Positions 1 through 10,700 of a stretch of DNA of 64,000 bases are shown in pieces. A program made the translations under genes and the position numbers. The stretch is from an uncultured Verrucomicrobiae bacterium. Its GTDB lineage: Bacteria; Verrucomicrobiota; Verrucomicrobiia; Limisphaerales; Palsa-1400. The DNA lies in contig CAVPOM010000010.1 of NCBI GenBank assembly GCA_963707025.1, forward strand, positions 1 through 64,000, written 5' to 3'. Positions within the stretch are counted from its first letter, which is position 1. Each line of letters begins with the position of its first letter. The notes below the pieces were generated by a model. That model did not search any database and was not told the origin of the DNA. It saw nothing but the letters and a program-made list of their open reading frames with translations.

Positions 1-815
1 AACTTCACGTTGATCGCCGTGAATTTGCCCTGCCCCAATCGGCCCTCATTCTCCAGCCAGCGCCGGACGAACTCCGCCACCGATTGTCGGCAGGTATGGC
101 GCACCACCTCCAGCCGCCGATGATCGTTGGCGTACTGGGACAGCACCGGCGTCAAATCCCGGCGCAGTTCCTCCAGAAGGCCCAAGGGCGTGCCTCTGGC
201 CCAGCCGCGTGCCGTTGTCTCCTGAATTTCATCGGTGTGAATGGCGGGCGGCAAACTGCACCTTATTTCAGGGGCGCAAACAATTAACGTGCCGCCGCCA
301 ATATGCAGTTTCCAGGTGTCGTAGAGCCGAATATGATACCGGTACGTTACGGGAACGGTCATCCGCGCGTGGTTGGTTCCCAGGTTGATGCCCAGGAATC
401 GTTTGGCGTTGCTGCGTTCCAGCACTTCAGTCTGCTTGGAACTGGCCACTTCCAGGTTCATTTCCCGGGTCAGCGTGGGCAGGGCGGCAATGAAGGTGTG
501 GGTGATGTTTTCTTCGTTGAACCGGGGATCCGGCAGCAAATCCTTCACCGTCGGAATCTTTCCCGATTTGCTCAAGGCAATTATTACGGGAATTGCCAGT
601 AACGCCAGGAGCGCCAGCACGACCGGCGCCGCCAGGATCAACGGATTTGGCAGAAGAGATGCCTGCCTGCAGCAGGAGAGCAACAGTGAAAACAACGGGA
701 TGCCAAAATGAATTAAATATTTGCGATTCAAATTTCCTTTCGAAAGCAAAACGCCCCAGTTTAAAGCCGGGGCGTTTGCTCGTTTTATGTGGTGGACATG
801 GCGGCGGAGCGTCAT
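1..815 (-). CDS. Membrane-anchored hypothetical protein, possibly DUF4230-like; runs off the left edge
   Basis: Manual translation from ATG at 815 is open to position 1 (MTLRRHVHH...LILAAPVVLALLALLAIPVIIAL...TVPVTYRYHIRLYDTW...). It has a hydrophobic N-terminal segment and is absent from the ORF track because no stop falls in the window. Confidence 0.5.
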   Translation of the reverse strand, partial: MTLRRHVHHIKRANAPALNWGVLLSKGNLNRKYLIHFGIPLFSLLLSCCRQASLLPNPLILAAPVVLALLALLAIPVIIALSKSGKIPTVKDLLPDPRFNEENITHTFIAALPTLTREMNLEVASSKQTEVLERSNAKRFLGINLGTNHARMTVPVTYRYHIRLYDTWKLHIGGGTLIVCAPEIRCSLPPAIHTDEIQETTARGWARGTPLGLLEELRRDLTPVLSQYANDHRRLEVVRHTCRQSVAEFVRRWLENEGRLGQGKFTAINVK

Positions 816-1060
816 GGAGGACTGAGGTGGACCCCATCCTTTAGACCACGGAGCGCATGAAATAAGCGCGACTTTTGCCGATTGCTGTCATTACTAATTG
901 TAGTTGACTACTGTTCATTCCGTGTTTCAAAACCCTTTCGAAAAGAGAGAACGAGCGATGCGGAGCACTGCCCGTCCTCCCTCTCCGTTTTCTTAGGGTT
1001 CTCAACTCTACCGCCGCAGGCGGTCTGATTTCAAGCCTTTTCCTGCCGCCTGCCTCTCTG

Positions 1061-1915
1061 TCAAGTGCTGCGATCGCTCCTGCCTCTGGCAGGTTGCATC
1101 GCTTCCCATTTGGCCGGTTGGGCTCCATGCGTGCCGGGATCAAAATACGCGTCCGCCGGCGTCGCATAGCCCAACGCCTGGCGCGGTCGTTCCCGGTTGT
1201 AGCCGTCAAACCACCGGCCCAGTCCGCGCCCTGCCGCCAACCCGTCGCCATAGTCTTGCAAATAAATGTCCTCATACTTGGCGCTCCGCCACAGCCGCTC
1301 GATAAACCGGTTGTCCATCCAGCGACCCCGTCCGTCCATGCTCACGTCCACCCCCGCCGATTCCACCGCATCGATAAACATCGGGGAGGTGAACTGCGAT
1401 CCCTGGTCGGTATTGGAAATCAACGGCGCCTGACGCCCCGCCCGCAACGCCGCCTCCCAAGCGTCCACACAAAAGTCCGCCTCCAACGTGTTGCTCAAGC
1501 GCCATCCCAGCACGTAACGACTCCACCAATCCATCACCGCCACCAAATACATAAACCCAGTTGCCATAGGCACATACGTAATGTCCGAACACCAAACCTG
1601 ATCCGGTCCCGTCACTGCCAAATTGCGTAACAGATACGGATAAATCTGGTGCCCCATCTCCCGCAGACTCGTCTTGGGCTTGGCGTAAATCGCCTCGATC
1701 CCCATCAACCGCAGCAGCCGCACCACCCGTTTGCGATTGATGGTCAAACCCTCCCGGCGCAACAGCACGGTCAGTTTGCGGCTGCCATAAACCGGGTGGT
1801 CCAAATGCATCTGGTCCAACCGCCGCATCAGCGCCAGGTTCTCCTCTGTCTCCGGACAGCACTGGTAATAATAACTGCCACGGCACACCGCCAGCAGCTC
1901 GCACTGGCGCCGCAC
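1061..1915 (-). CDS. IS3-family transposase OrfB (rve/DDE catalytic domain)
   Basis: Motifs WCSDITY, NTDQGSQFTS, DNRFIERLWRS and an HTH-like YGSRKL. Confidence 0.93.
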   Translation of the reverse strand: MRRQCELLAVCRGSYYYQCCPETEENLALMRRLDQMHLDHPVYGSRKLTVLLRREGLTINRKRVVRLLRLMGIEAIYAKPKTSLREMGHQIYPYLLRNLAVTGPDQVWCSDITYVPMATGFMYLVAVMDWWSRYVLGWRLSNTLEADFCVDAWEAALRAGRQAPLISNTDQGSQFTSPMFIDAVESAGVDVSMDGRGRWMDNRFIERLWRSAKYEDIYLQDYGDGLAAGRGLGRWFDGYNRERPRQALGYATPADAYFDPGTHGAQPAKWEAMQPARGRSDRST

Positions 1916-1947
1916 GCTGAGCTGCGGATCGGGAGCGATTAAACATG

Positions 1948-2238
1948 TTAAAGCCCCAGTTGCCTGGACTTTTTTTTAAGCCAGTCCAAGTCCACCGTCA
2001 GTTGGCCAATCTTCTCATGCAGTTGGGCAATCAACTGTTCCTGATCCTCCGTGCGGGGTTGCCCGGGCTCAAACAATTCGGGCATGTGATCCCGAATCGT
2101 CGCCCGCCACTGCGTGACCTGCGCCGGATGCACCGCATACTCTCGCGCCAATTGCGCGACCGTCTTCAGCCCCACCAGGGCTTCGAATCCCACTTTGGCC
2201 TTGAAGGCCGCACTGTGTCTTTTCCGTTTTGCTTTCAT
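1948..2238 (-). CDS. IS3-family transposase OrfA (HTH)
   Basis: RKRHSAAFKAKV...TVAQLAREYAVHPAQVTQW; ends WLKKKS over an A8G slippery tract typical of -1 frameshifting. Confidence 0.92.
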   Translation of the reverse strand: MKAKRKRHSAAFKAKVGFEALVGLKTVAQLAREYAVHPAQVTQWRATIRDHMPELFEPGQPRTEDQEQLIAQLHEKIGQLTVDLDWLKKKSRQLGL

Positions 2239-2313
2239 AAGTCTGCTCTTTCTTATCTACAGCAAACCGGCAAAAATCGAAACTTACCTGTGGTCTAAAA
2301 ATAGGGGTCCAGC

Positions 2314-2493
2314 TCAGACCATGCCGTCCGAGCCGTGTTGGGTTGGGCGTTGCAGTTGCGGTTCGCGCAACGCCGTTTCCAAAATATCGTTGGCGAGATC
2401 GGTCATCGGACGGCCCTGTCTTTTGGCTTCATGGTACAGCGCCGTTACCAAATGCCGTTTGATGGCGGGTGAATAATGTCGGGGTCTGGACAT
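2314..2493 (-). CDS. Small putative DNA-binding protein, 3' end cut by the IS
   Basis: MSRPRHYSPAIKRHLVTALYHEAKRQGRPMTDLANDILETAL has a ribbon-helix-helix-like pattern; its stop codon is supplied by the IS end. Confidence 0.45.
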   Translation of the reverse strand: MSRPRHYSPAIKRHLVTALYHEAKRQGRPMTDLANDILETALREPQLQRPTQHGSDGMV

Positions 2494-2912
2494 GGATTCT
2501 CCGGGTTGGGGTGTACAGGTGAAACGGCGTGTCCTTGGAGGGCGCCGGGAGTGAACAGGAAACAGTATCCTGTTCATGTGTATATAACACGGAATGGGGG
2601 CTTATTGCAGGTGACAGCCACAATCGGACAATGGCGGCCAGTCGGCATCACAGCCATTACCCGCAACGCAGGTGAAAGTCTCTGGAAGACCCAATGGAGC
2701 GGGTGAAGGGATTCGAATCATGCGGCCTGTTTTTCATAGATTCATAATTACCTGGGACACAATGTGTTATAAACTTTATGTTTGACGCGCGTTCCGCACC
2801 AAAAAGCACCATTGAGCATGAATGCTGTTGCAAATTGTTGCAAAACCAGCCCCCCGCTGCGAATACAGCTACCGGCCCATGCCCCGCAGCGCTGGCGCAG
2901 GCGTAAATCATT

Positions 2913-3269
2913 ATGACCTGCAGGCAGCACAACCTGAGCGACGAAGAGGCGAAAACCAAGTCAGAAAGTTTTCTGTTCGATGACTTGAAGACACGTCTGG
3001 CGGCAGGCCCGATTGAGTACCATCTGGTGGTGCAATTGCCCAATCCCGGCGATCCAACGGAGGACCCCTCGATTGTTTGGCCCGAGGATCGCAAGACGAT
3101 AGACATGGGTACAATCAGTATTGCTTCTGTGGTTCCAGACAGTAGTGCAGTAGAGAAAGCTCTCGCGTTTGATCCGACATACTTGACAGACGGGATCGAG
3201 CTGTCCGATGACCCGTTTCCCAGCCTGCGATCCAGGGTTTACGCGCTCGCCTCGGCGTATCGTCAATGA
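2913..3269 (+). pseudogene. C-terminal fragment of a catalase-related peroxidase (SrpA-like)
   Basis: GDPTEDPSIVWPEDRK...FDPTYLTDGIELSDDP...RSRVYALA matches a catalase-like C-terminus; the N-terminal heme domain is missing. Confidence 0.7.
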
Positions 3270-3312
3270 ACCCGGCTGAAAGAAAGAAAAACAAAAGTTC
3301 AAGAAAGGAAAA

Positions 3313-3903
3313 TTGATTATGCAAGAATTCAAAGCCTATGGTGCCTTTCGCCCGAATGGCCCGCTGGAACCGTTCAGTTTCGACCCCGGCCATCTTGGTC
3401 CGGAAGAAGTCGAAATCAAAGTATCTCACTGTGGACTCTGCCACTCCGATCTTTCGATGCTCGACAACGAATGGGGCATGTCCCAATACCCGTTCGTGCC
3501 CGGACATGAGGTGACCGGGACGGTTGTTACGCTCGGCGAGACGGCAAAGGGGCTAAAAATCGGACAGCGGGTCGGACTTGGCTGGTTCGCTCATAGCTGT
3601 CTCGCCTGCCACGAATGTCTTTCCGGTGACCAACACTTGTGCGCCACTGCGCGGGGGACCATTATTGGGCGCCATGGCGGCTTTGCCGACCGTGTTCGAG
3701 CGCAGTGGCCATGGGTTCGCCCATTGCCCGATGCGTTGGACCTGGCAAAAGTGGGACCGCTCCTGTGCGGCGGCATTACAGTTTTTTCGCCATTGCTGAT
3801 TCATGAAGTGCCCTCCACCGCCCGTGTCGGGATCATTGGCATCGGTGGATTGGGACACATGGCGCTCCAATTCGCCAACAAATGGGGCGCCGTGCCATCT
3901 TGA
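3313..3903 (+). pseudogene. Zn-dependent NAD(P)H alcohol dehydrogenase/aldehyde reductase, C-terminally truncated
   Basis: CGLCHSD, GHE, CxxCxxC Zn site and GIGGLG Rossmann motif; stops at 196 aa just after the Rossmann motif. Confidence 0.8.
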
Positions 3904-4041
3904 ATTAGCTCCTCGGCATCCTCGCAGCCGACTAAATTGACGGCGGCCGGGATGGGGGAACGGATTCTGGGAACAACTTCTGTACATAATACGTCTCCTG
4001 CATGGAGGCTCATAATCTCTGTCCTTTCTGGTGGGGAAACA

Positions 4042-4073
4042 AAAACGCCTGTCCCGGGTAGAACAGGCGTTTT
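4042..4073. terminator. Putative bidirectional intrinsic terminator
   Basis: AAAACGCCTGT-N10-ACAGGCGTTTT inverted repeat with A/T tails, downstream of the integrase. Confidence 0.55.
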
Positions 4074-4238
4074 ACGCTTTCGGTTGGAATTGAGGGTCAA
4101 GCCCCGGGACTCAGAGGAGGCGGAACCAACAGAGACTCTGGGCCTCTGTCAATAATTTATAGCACAGGAGGAGGGGCTATTGCGGGGGAGGGCTTGTGCA
4201 GTCAGAGAGGAAGACAGAAGTGATGTCAAGAAGGACTT

Positions 4239-5432
4239 TCAACCGGGATTTTGTAACCTGGTCACGTCCGGCAGCTTGCTGATGGCAGCCTGCGTATCGT
4301 CCGCGTCAAGGTGGGTGTAACCACGCGAGACGACTTCCGAATCATGGCCAACAATCATCTGCGCAAGAGCGTTGCTCGCCCCGGCAGATTTCAGCCATGT
4401 GGTGAAGGTGTGCCGCAGAGAGTGGAAGGAATGCGCGCTGGACTGCCGCTTGGCGTCGCGTCCTTTGCCGCCGATCTTTGCCTCAGCTTTGGGCCGCGTC
4501 TTCACCAGTCCTGTTGGCGCAAGAATTTCATCGTAGAACTTGGTGGAAATTGTGCCGGTGTGCTTTTCAGCCATCGCCGCCGTCTTGGGAAACACACAGG
4601 CGTCCGGCTGGTCGCTGGATCTGAGGCTTTCGAGGTGGTCGGCCAGCGGCTTGGCCATGTAAAAGGACAAACATTTGCCGGTCTTGCTGGTCACAAAGGA
4701 CACGCGTCGTTTGCCCAAGTCCACTTGCTGCCACGTCAGCCCGGCCACGTCGCCCAGTCGTTGGCCAGTGTAAAGACCGGTCAGGACAAGCCCACGCCAT
4801 TCACCGCCGGCTTCGTCGCAGCGGGCCAGAACTTTGCCAAGCTCGGTCAAGGTGAAGCCGCGTCGCTTGTTTTCACCGCGTTGTTTGAGGATGGCCACCT
4901 TCGCGGCCACGTTCTTCTCAACCAAATCCTGTTTCTGTGCGGCGTAGAGGCAGCCACGCAGGATCTTCAAATCCATGTTTGTGCTGCCTGCCGACAACCG
5001 CTTGGAGACGAAATCACGGAAGCGTAAAACGTCGTTCACGCTCAGGGCGTTCAAATCTTCATCCGCCTTGCCGCCGAGGAACTCCACAAAACGGCGCAAG
5101 CTCGTTCCATAGCGCTCGTGAGTGCGCGGCCCGCCTTCGAGTGACTTCGTTTCCAGCCAGCGCTTAAACCAATTACGGATCGTCGCCGACGGCAACGTCT
5201 GGCCTGTCGCCATGAGAATATCGGCCACGCCTTGCGCGATCACCTGCCGTGCTTTGTCGGGCGAGAGTTTGGCGCCGAGTGCAGCCGCCTTCGCCCAGGT
5301 ATCACAGATCTGCCGGGCCTGCCGCTTGTCAGTGGCCTTGGTGCTTTTGAAGTGCCGTGTTCCGTCCACCGTGAAGAAGGCGCAATACCAGAAGGGCGAC
5401 TTCCCGCGGGGGTCTTTATGGAGGCTTGCCAT
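4239..5432 (-). CDS. int: Tyrosine recombinase/integrase of the left element
   Basis: TGQRLGD (R), SKTGK (K), HSFHSLRH (HxxR), VGHDS, GYTH (Y); adjacent to the tRNA-derived att site. Confidence 0.93.
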   Translation of the reverse strand: MASLHKDPRGKSPFWYCAFFTVDGTRHFKSTKATDKRQARQICDTWAKAAALGAKLSPDKARQVIAQGVADILMATGQTLPSATIRNWFKRWLETKSLEGGPRTHERYGTSLRRFVEFLGGKADEDLNALSVNDVLRFRDFVSKRLSAGSTNMDLKILRGCLYAAQKQDLVEKNVAAKVAILKQRGENKRRGFTLTELGKVLARCDEAGGEWRGLVLTGLYTGQRLGDVAGLTWQQVDLGKRRVSFVTSKTGKCLSFYMAKPLADHLESLRSSDQPDACVFPKTAAMAEKHTGTISTKFYDEILAPTGLVKTRPKAEAKIGGKGRDAKRQSSAHSFHSLRHTFTTWLKSAGASNALAQMIVGHDSEVVSRGYTHLDADDTQAAISKLPDVTRLQNPG

Positions 5433-5440
5433 ATATTCTT

Positions 5441-5496
5441 GTCATAACATAAGTCATAATGTTCACCCCTGTCAAGCCTGTTCAGAGGCGTCATAA
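5441..5496. repeat. GTCATAA direct repeats, candidate integrase arm-binding sites
   Basis: GTCATAA at 5441, 5453 (12-bp period) and 5490, between the int start and the att core. Confidence 0.4.
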
Positions 5497-5535
5497 GTGC
5501 TTGGAAATCAACGCATCTCTGGGCTGCGTTCGAAA

Positions 5536-5564
5536 CGTGGGTTCGAATCCCACCCCTTCCGCCA
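5536..5564 (+). other. 3' fragment of a tRNA-Ser gene (attachment-site duplication)
   Basis: CGTGGGTTCGAATCCCACCCCTTCCGCCA is a T-arm plus acceptor 3' strand, discriminator G and CCA. No matching GGAAGGG 5' half upstream. Flanked by two integrases. Confidence 0.85.
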
Positions 5565-5610
5565 TCATTAAACTGTTGTTTTTCAACAGGATGGCGAAAC
5601 CAGAGGAGGC

Positions 5611-5634
5611 AAGTGCCAGTGAAAGTGCCAGTGA
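5611..5634. repeat. Tandem 12-bp repeat AAGTGCCAGTGA x2, candidate arm-binding sites of the right integrase
   Basis: Perfect tandem duplication between the att core and the integrase start. Confidence 0.5.
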
Positions 5635-5780
5635 AATCAATACCGGGCTACTACTCAACAACTACTCCGGTAAAACTCGGCAATCACTCGCGACGACGGG
5701 ATTCGCCGCCCGTCTGGTGTGTCTGACACACCAAAAGCCGCGTGCGGCTTCATAACATCGGACAAAGAAAGTCTGAAGTT

Positions 5781-6857
5781 ATGAAACGTCGTTACATCCT
5801 CTACCGCCGCAAACGCGGCGGCATGTTCTACATCGAAGACACTGAAACCCGGAAGCAGGAAAGCACTGGCACGAGAAATCGCGCCGAGGCCACGGCCCTG
5901 CTCAACGCCCGCAACGAATCCGTCCGGCAACCGCAACTGAACCTCCAGATCGCCAAGGCCTATCTCGCCGGAACCGATTCGGGGGTTTCAAAACGGACCT
6001 GGCAGGACGCGTTCAACGCCATTACTGAAAACAAACATGGATCAACCCAAGAGCGCTGGCAGCGCGCCGTCAAACAGAAGGCATTTGATCTGATTCTGCC
6101 GTTGATCATCATCGAGACGCAGGCGGAGCAACTTTTCGCCTGCCTGAAGGCGGGCACGGTCAGCACGAATGTTCATCTGCGTGAGTTGCACAACTTCTGC
6201 ATCTCCATGAACTGGCTGGCATGGCCGATCATTCCCAAACGGCTTTGGCCCAAAATCGAATACAAGCCCAAACGGGCCATTAGAGCGGACGAACACCAAA
6301 GGATTATCGAACGGGAACCGAATCCCGAAAACCGGAGTTTTTATGAACTGTGCTGGCATCTGGGCGGTTCACAAACGGACGTCGCCAACCTGGAGGCGGA
6401 GAGCATTGATTGGAATGACCGCGTCATTTCCTATGCCCGCCGAAAAACCGGCAGCCGGGCGTTTATTCATTTTGGTCCGGCAGTGGAAACGATCCTCCGT
6501 TCGTTGCCGGCCCAAGGGCTTTTATTCCCGAGGCTCGCTTTGCTGAAGGAAAAGTATCGGGGGCAGGAATTCAGACGCCGCTGCGCCGGTTTGGGGATCT
6601 TCGGCGTCACCCTGCATTGCTACCGTTATGCCTGGGCGGAGCGGGCGAAAATGTGCGGCTATCCAGAGCGATTCGCGCAGGAGGCGCTCGGCCACAACAG
6701 CAAGGCAGTGCATCGCGCCTACGCGCGCAAAGCCCAGGTGAGACTGCCGTCGCTGGAAAGCTACGAAAACCAGAACGTGGAAGGCCGCATTGTTCCATTG
6801 CTTCCGCCCCTGCCAAAGCCCGAAGGCAATGGTCACTCGTTTTCGGCGGCTGGTTAA
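5781..6857 (+). CDS. int: Tyrosine recombinase/integrase of the ICE (atypical box I)
   Basis: N-terminal arm-binding-like domain (QESTGTRNRAEA), RRKTG, LHCYRY (HxxR), LGHN and HRAY; box I reads LGGSQTD without Arg. Confidence 0.85.
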   Translation: MKRRYILYRRKRGGMFYIEDTETRKQESTGTRNRAEATALLNARNESVRQPQLNLQIAKAYLAGTDSGVSKRTWQDAFNAITENKHGSTQERWQRAVKQKAFDLILPLIIIETQAEQLFACLKAGTVSTNVHLRELHNFCISMNWLAWPIIPKRLWPKIEYKPKRAIRADEHQRIIEREPNPENRSFYELCWHLGGSQTDVANLEAESIDWNDRVISYARRKTGSRAFIHFGPAVETILRSLPAQGLLFPRLALLKEKYRGQEFRRRCAGLGIFGVTLHCYRYAWAERAKMCGYPERFAQEALGHNSKAVHRAYARKAQVRLPSLESYENQNVEGRIVPLLPPLPKPEGNGHSFSAAG

Positions 6858-7142
6858 GTGTCCGGCTTTCCAGGAATCGCCATAGCCGCCTGCGCCAGTG
6901 ATAAAAATAATTAAACTATTTTTCACCTTGCAAACATTGAATGAAAACGGTGTCGAAACTGAAAACCAGCCAAGTCGCCCCGCGTAAAATCAGCGTGCTT
7001 TTGTGTCAAGTGCCGGCGGCAACAGCGGTTTTGTTCAATGTTTGCAAGGGTTCGGTCACTCAATTCGCAGTTCAACAAAAGCGCGCCTGATAAAATAGTG
7101 GTGTCGTTGAATGAATCAGCGACGCAACCAGGAAAGCAAAAT

Positions 7143-7370
7143 ATGGAAACAACTGAAATGACGGACACACTCAAAAGCATCAACACAACTCCGCATCTTT
7201 GCCGGAGCAAGGTAAAACAAACCGCGCTGGAAATTGCCTCCGCGATCCGGCCAGCCAATAAATTCAGCCGGGTTGGCATGAGCTTCGTTGAACGCATCGA
7301 AGCGAAAGTCCGCGCTGCCATCCGTGAGGAAGTCAGGATTCATCCCAGCAAGGGCAAGACGCTTTTATGA
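7143..7370 (+). CDS. Small basic hypothetical protein
   Basis: 75-aa ORF with plausible composition, convergent with the Xis-like gene. Confidence 0.45.
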   Translation: METTEMTDTLKSINTTPHLCRSKVKQTALEIASAIRPANKFSRVGMSFVERIEAKVRAAIREEVRIHPSKGKTLL

Positions 7371-7402
7371 TGCGTCCAGCCCGATGCGTTGAATCGTTTG
7401 CT

Positions 7403-7702
7403 TCAAGCCCGCCCGCGAGCCTGTTGCTTGCGGGCGTTGCGTTCCCGCCAGTAGCTGGCGATGGCATCGCTGGCGCGGGCGAGCCATTTCTCGTCGCGCC
7501 GGAATTGTTCCAGCGTTTCCGTGGCAAAGAACTTCGTGCTGTTGCGGGCGGGATGGCCGAGCGGTTTCAACAAGCCTGCCGTTACGAGCCTGGGAATCTC
7601 GTGCGGTTCAAAGCCGAGAAACCATGCCGTTTGGGTGGCATCGAGCCGGGCGGGAACGACTTTCCAACTGAGAAATTCGGTTTGTTGGGCGGTGATATTC
7701 AT
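7403..7702 (-). CDS. Excisionase/MerR-like HTH DNA-binding protein
   Basis: LDATQTAWFLGFEPHEIPRLVTAGLLKP is a winged-helix pattern; ATGA overlap with the helicase tail. Confidence 0.6.
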   Translation of the reverse strand: MNITAQQTEFLSWKVVPARLDATQTAWFLGFEPHEIPRLVTAGLLKPLGHPARNSTKFFATETLEQFRRDEKWLARASDAIASYWRERNARKQQARGRA

Positions 7703-10700
7703 ACATGAACGGCCGCCCCGCGTGCGCGCCGGGGCGAATGGGTTTGGGTTTGATTCTTGGAAATCTTTTGTTCGTCATCGCCGGCTGAAACGGCTTCGAC
7801 CTGGCTCGGCGCTTGGTTCTTGGTCAGATCAAGTTTTTCCTCAATCTCACTCTGGCGCCGGGTCAGTTCCTGAAAGCGGTCCTCGCGCTCGAACTTCGCG
7901 CCGACTTTTTCGCCAAGCTCTTTGACGCGCTTGTGGGCATCGGTGATGTCCAACTCCAATCTTTCCGCGCGTTCTTCAAATCCCTGAACCGTCGCCTCCA
8001 GCGAACGGATGGTGCCGAGAGCCGTGTCTGTGACCCGCGCGCCGTAACTGTTGCTCCCCCGCACAACCATTTCGACGGTGTTGTTGAAACCCGGACGCAG
8101 GAACAAATCAAAACCGGCGAAGCGGCCAATTTTGATGTCGTCGCCAAACCGCGCCTTCAGTTTTTCCGCCCGGCGCATAATCAATTCACCCGCGATGCCC
8201 CGGTTGTTGGATTCCTGCCCGTCAAGTTCAATGCGGAATTTGTCGCCGGACGTGTCCTGCCGAACGCCCAAGTCCTGCCGCAGATTGGTAAGGCGCGTGG
8301 TAAAGATTTCCGCGTCCTCGTGCGAGCGGCGGAGATTGGTGCGGATGCGGTATTGCTCCTCGGCGTGGGCGGAACGCAGACCGGGTGAGCCGGATCAACT
8401 CCGCATCCACCTGGGCTTTTTCAATCACCAGCGGATTGCCTGATGCGATGGCCTTCACCTCGGCGTAGGTCAGAGCCGCTGAATCCAAATCTTCAAGCCG
8501 CCGGATCGTCATGTCGCCGCTCATCACCTGCGCGATGAACTTCGCCTTCGTCTCCAACGTCTGCCACATATAGGCGTCAAAACTGCCTTCGGTGACGTAG
8601 CGGAAAATCTGCACGACGGAGTTTTTATTGCCCTGCCGTAGAATCCGTCCTTCGCGTTGCTCCACGTCTGCCGGTCGCCACGGCGCGTCGAGATGATGCA
8701 AGGCAATCAACCGTTCCTGCACGTTCGTCCCCGACCCCATCTTCTGCGTGCTGCCGAAAAGCACGCGAACTTTGCCCGCGCGCACATCACGGAACAGCAT
8801 CATCTTGGAAACATCGGAATCGTAGTCTTGAATGAACGCGATTTCAGAGCTTGGGATGCCGAGCTTTTCCAACTTCTGCGCCATGTCATTATAGACGGAG
8901 AAGCCCCTGTCTTTCGGCGTGGAGAGGTCGCAGAACACAAGCTGGGCGGAACGCTCCGGCTTGGATTCCTGCCAGATGTTGAAAATCTTTTCGACGGCCA
9001 GATTCACTTTGCCCTGCGGTTCGTCCGGTGCGGCCGGTTTCATCAGGCGAAGATCCAAAGCCGCCTTCCGTCCCTCGGACGTGATTTTGAGCATGTTGTC
9101 TTCGCTGGGGTCAACCCGGCCGGTTTTCAATCTCTCGGCGCGCGCGGCGAGCGATTGCACGAACTCCTTCAGTTCCTCCGTGGCCGGCGCGTTGCGGATG
9201 GTCGGCTTTTCGCCGTCCAGTTTCGGGCGCGGCAGATTCAGCATCGCGGCGGTCTGCACGTCGGCGGACTGGCGGAACATCTGCATCAATTCCGGCACAT
9301 TGATGAACCGTGCGAAGCGCGTGTTCAGCCGGTAGCCCGCCCCGTCCGGTGAAAGCTCCATCGCCGTCACGGGTTCGCCGAACGTCGCCGCCCAAGAATC
9401 GAAGTGATGCAGGTTGTGTTTCTTCAACTCGTCATGCTGGAGATACCGCTGCATGGTGAACATCTCGGCCATGCTGTTGGCGATGGGCGTGCCGGTGGCG
9501 AACACCACGCCTCCCCCGCCGTTCAACGACTGGACGTGGCGCACCTTCAAAAACATATCGAACGCCCGCTCGCTCGCCGTTTGCGGCAGACCCGCAACCC
9601 GCGTCATCTTGGTGACGTAAAACAGATTCTTGAAATAGTGCGCCTCGTCCACGAACAGCCGGTCCACGCCAAGTTCTTCAAAGGTCAACGTGTTGTCCTT
9701 TTTGTGTTCGGCAGCCAGCGTTTGAAGTTTGGCTTCCAGCCGCTTCTTCGCCTTTTCGAGTTCTTTCACCAAGCGCCGGTTGGAACTGTCCGCGTGCTGG
9801 CGTTTGATCATTTCCAACTCGTGAAGCTGCTCCTTGAAAAACCGTTCCTGGGTTTCGCGTGAAAGCGGGATGCGTTCAAAGCCGGAGTGCGTGACGATGA
9901 CGGCATCCCAATTGCCGGTGGCGATGCGGCTGAACAATTTCTTGCGGTTCTGCGACTCGAAATCCTCCTTGCCGGCGGCCAGGATGTTTGCGCCCGGATA
10001 CAACGTCAGCAACTCGGTGGAGAACTGGCCGAGCATGTGATTGGGGACGACAAACATCGGCTTGCCGGACAAACCGAGCCGCCTCGACTCCATCGCGGCG
10101 GCGACCATCGTGTAAGTTTTGCCCGCGCCAACGACGTGGGCCAGCAGCGTGTTCGGTGTCTGCAAAATGCGCCAGACACCGGCCTTTTGGTGCGCGTGAA
10201 GTTGAATCGCCCCGCTCGCGCCCGGCAGTGTTAAATGATCGCCGTTGAACGTGCGGACGCGCGTGTGATTGAACGTGTCGTTGTAAAGGCGGCAAAGCCG
10301 TTCCCGCCGTGAATCGTCCGACCAGACCCACTCTTTGAAACGCTCCTTGATGCGTTCCTGTTTTTCGCGCGCGGCCTCGGTGGACTGCGCGTTGACGACG
10401 GGCTTTTTATCCACCGTGTCATAGACCGTGGGGGTTTTGAGATTCAGCGCGTCTTCAATCAATTCGAGCGCCGTGTAACGGTCAGTGCCCCAATCCGTCG
10501 TGTTTGCGGTCGCGCCTTTCGCCTCCCAATTCGCGCTGATATGCCATGCGCCCAGCGCGTGGATGTGGCCAATCTCGACACCGGACGGAATGTTGAGCAG
10601 CGTATTCGTGAACTGCTGCACGTCTTCCGGTGGCAGCCAGGCAGCGCCGAGCCGCACGTCAATTTCCGTGGCCGCGAGGTCTGCCGGTTGAACGGATTTC

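Larger units (their letters stand above)
823..2316 (-). mobile_element. Complete IS3-family insertion sequence (~1.5 kb)
   Basis: Imperfect terminal inverted repeats TGAGGTGGACCCCATCCTTTAGACCA (823-848) and TGGTCTAAAAATAGGGGTCCAGCTCA (2291-2316), TG...CA ends, 3-bp target duplication GAC (820-822, 2317-2319), orfA/orfB layout. Confidence 0.92.

Noticed and set aside
427..837. 136-aa ORF from the track as the real gene
   Set aside because: Its start lies inside the IS terminal repeat, and a longer same-strand frame (ATG 815 to the edge) is more protein-like.
5480..5564. Complete tRNA-Ser gene
   Set aside because: Only the T-arm and acceptor 3' strand are present; there is no complementary 5' acceptor strand or D-arm upstream.
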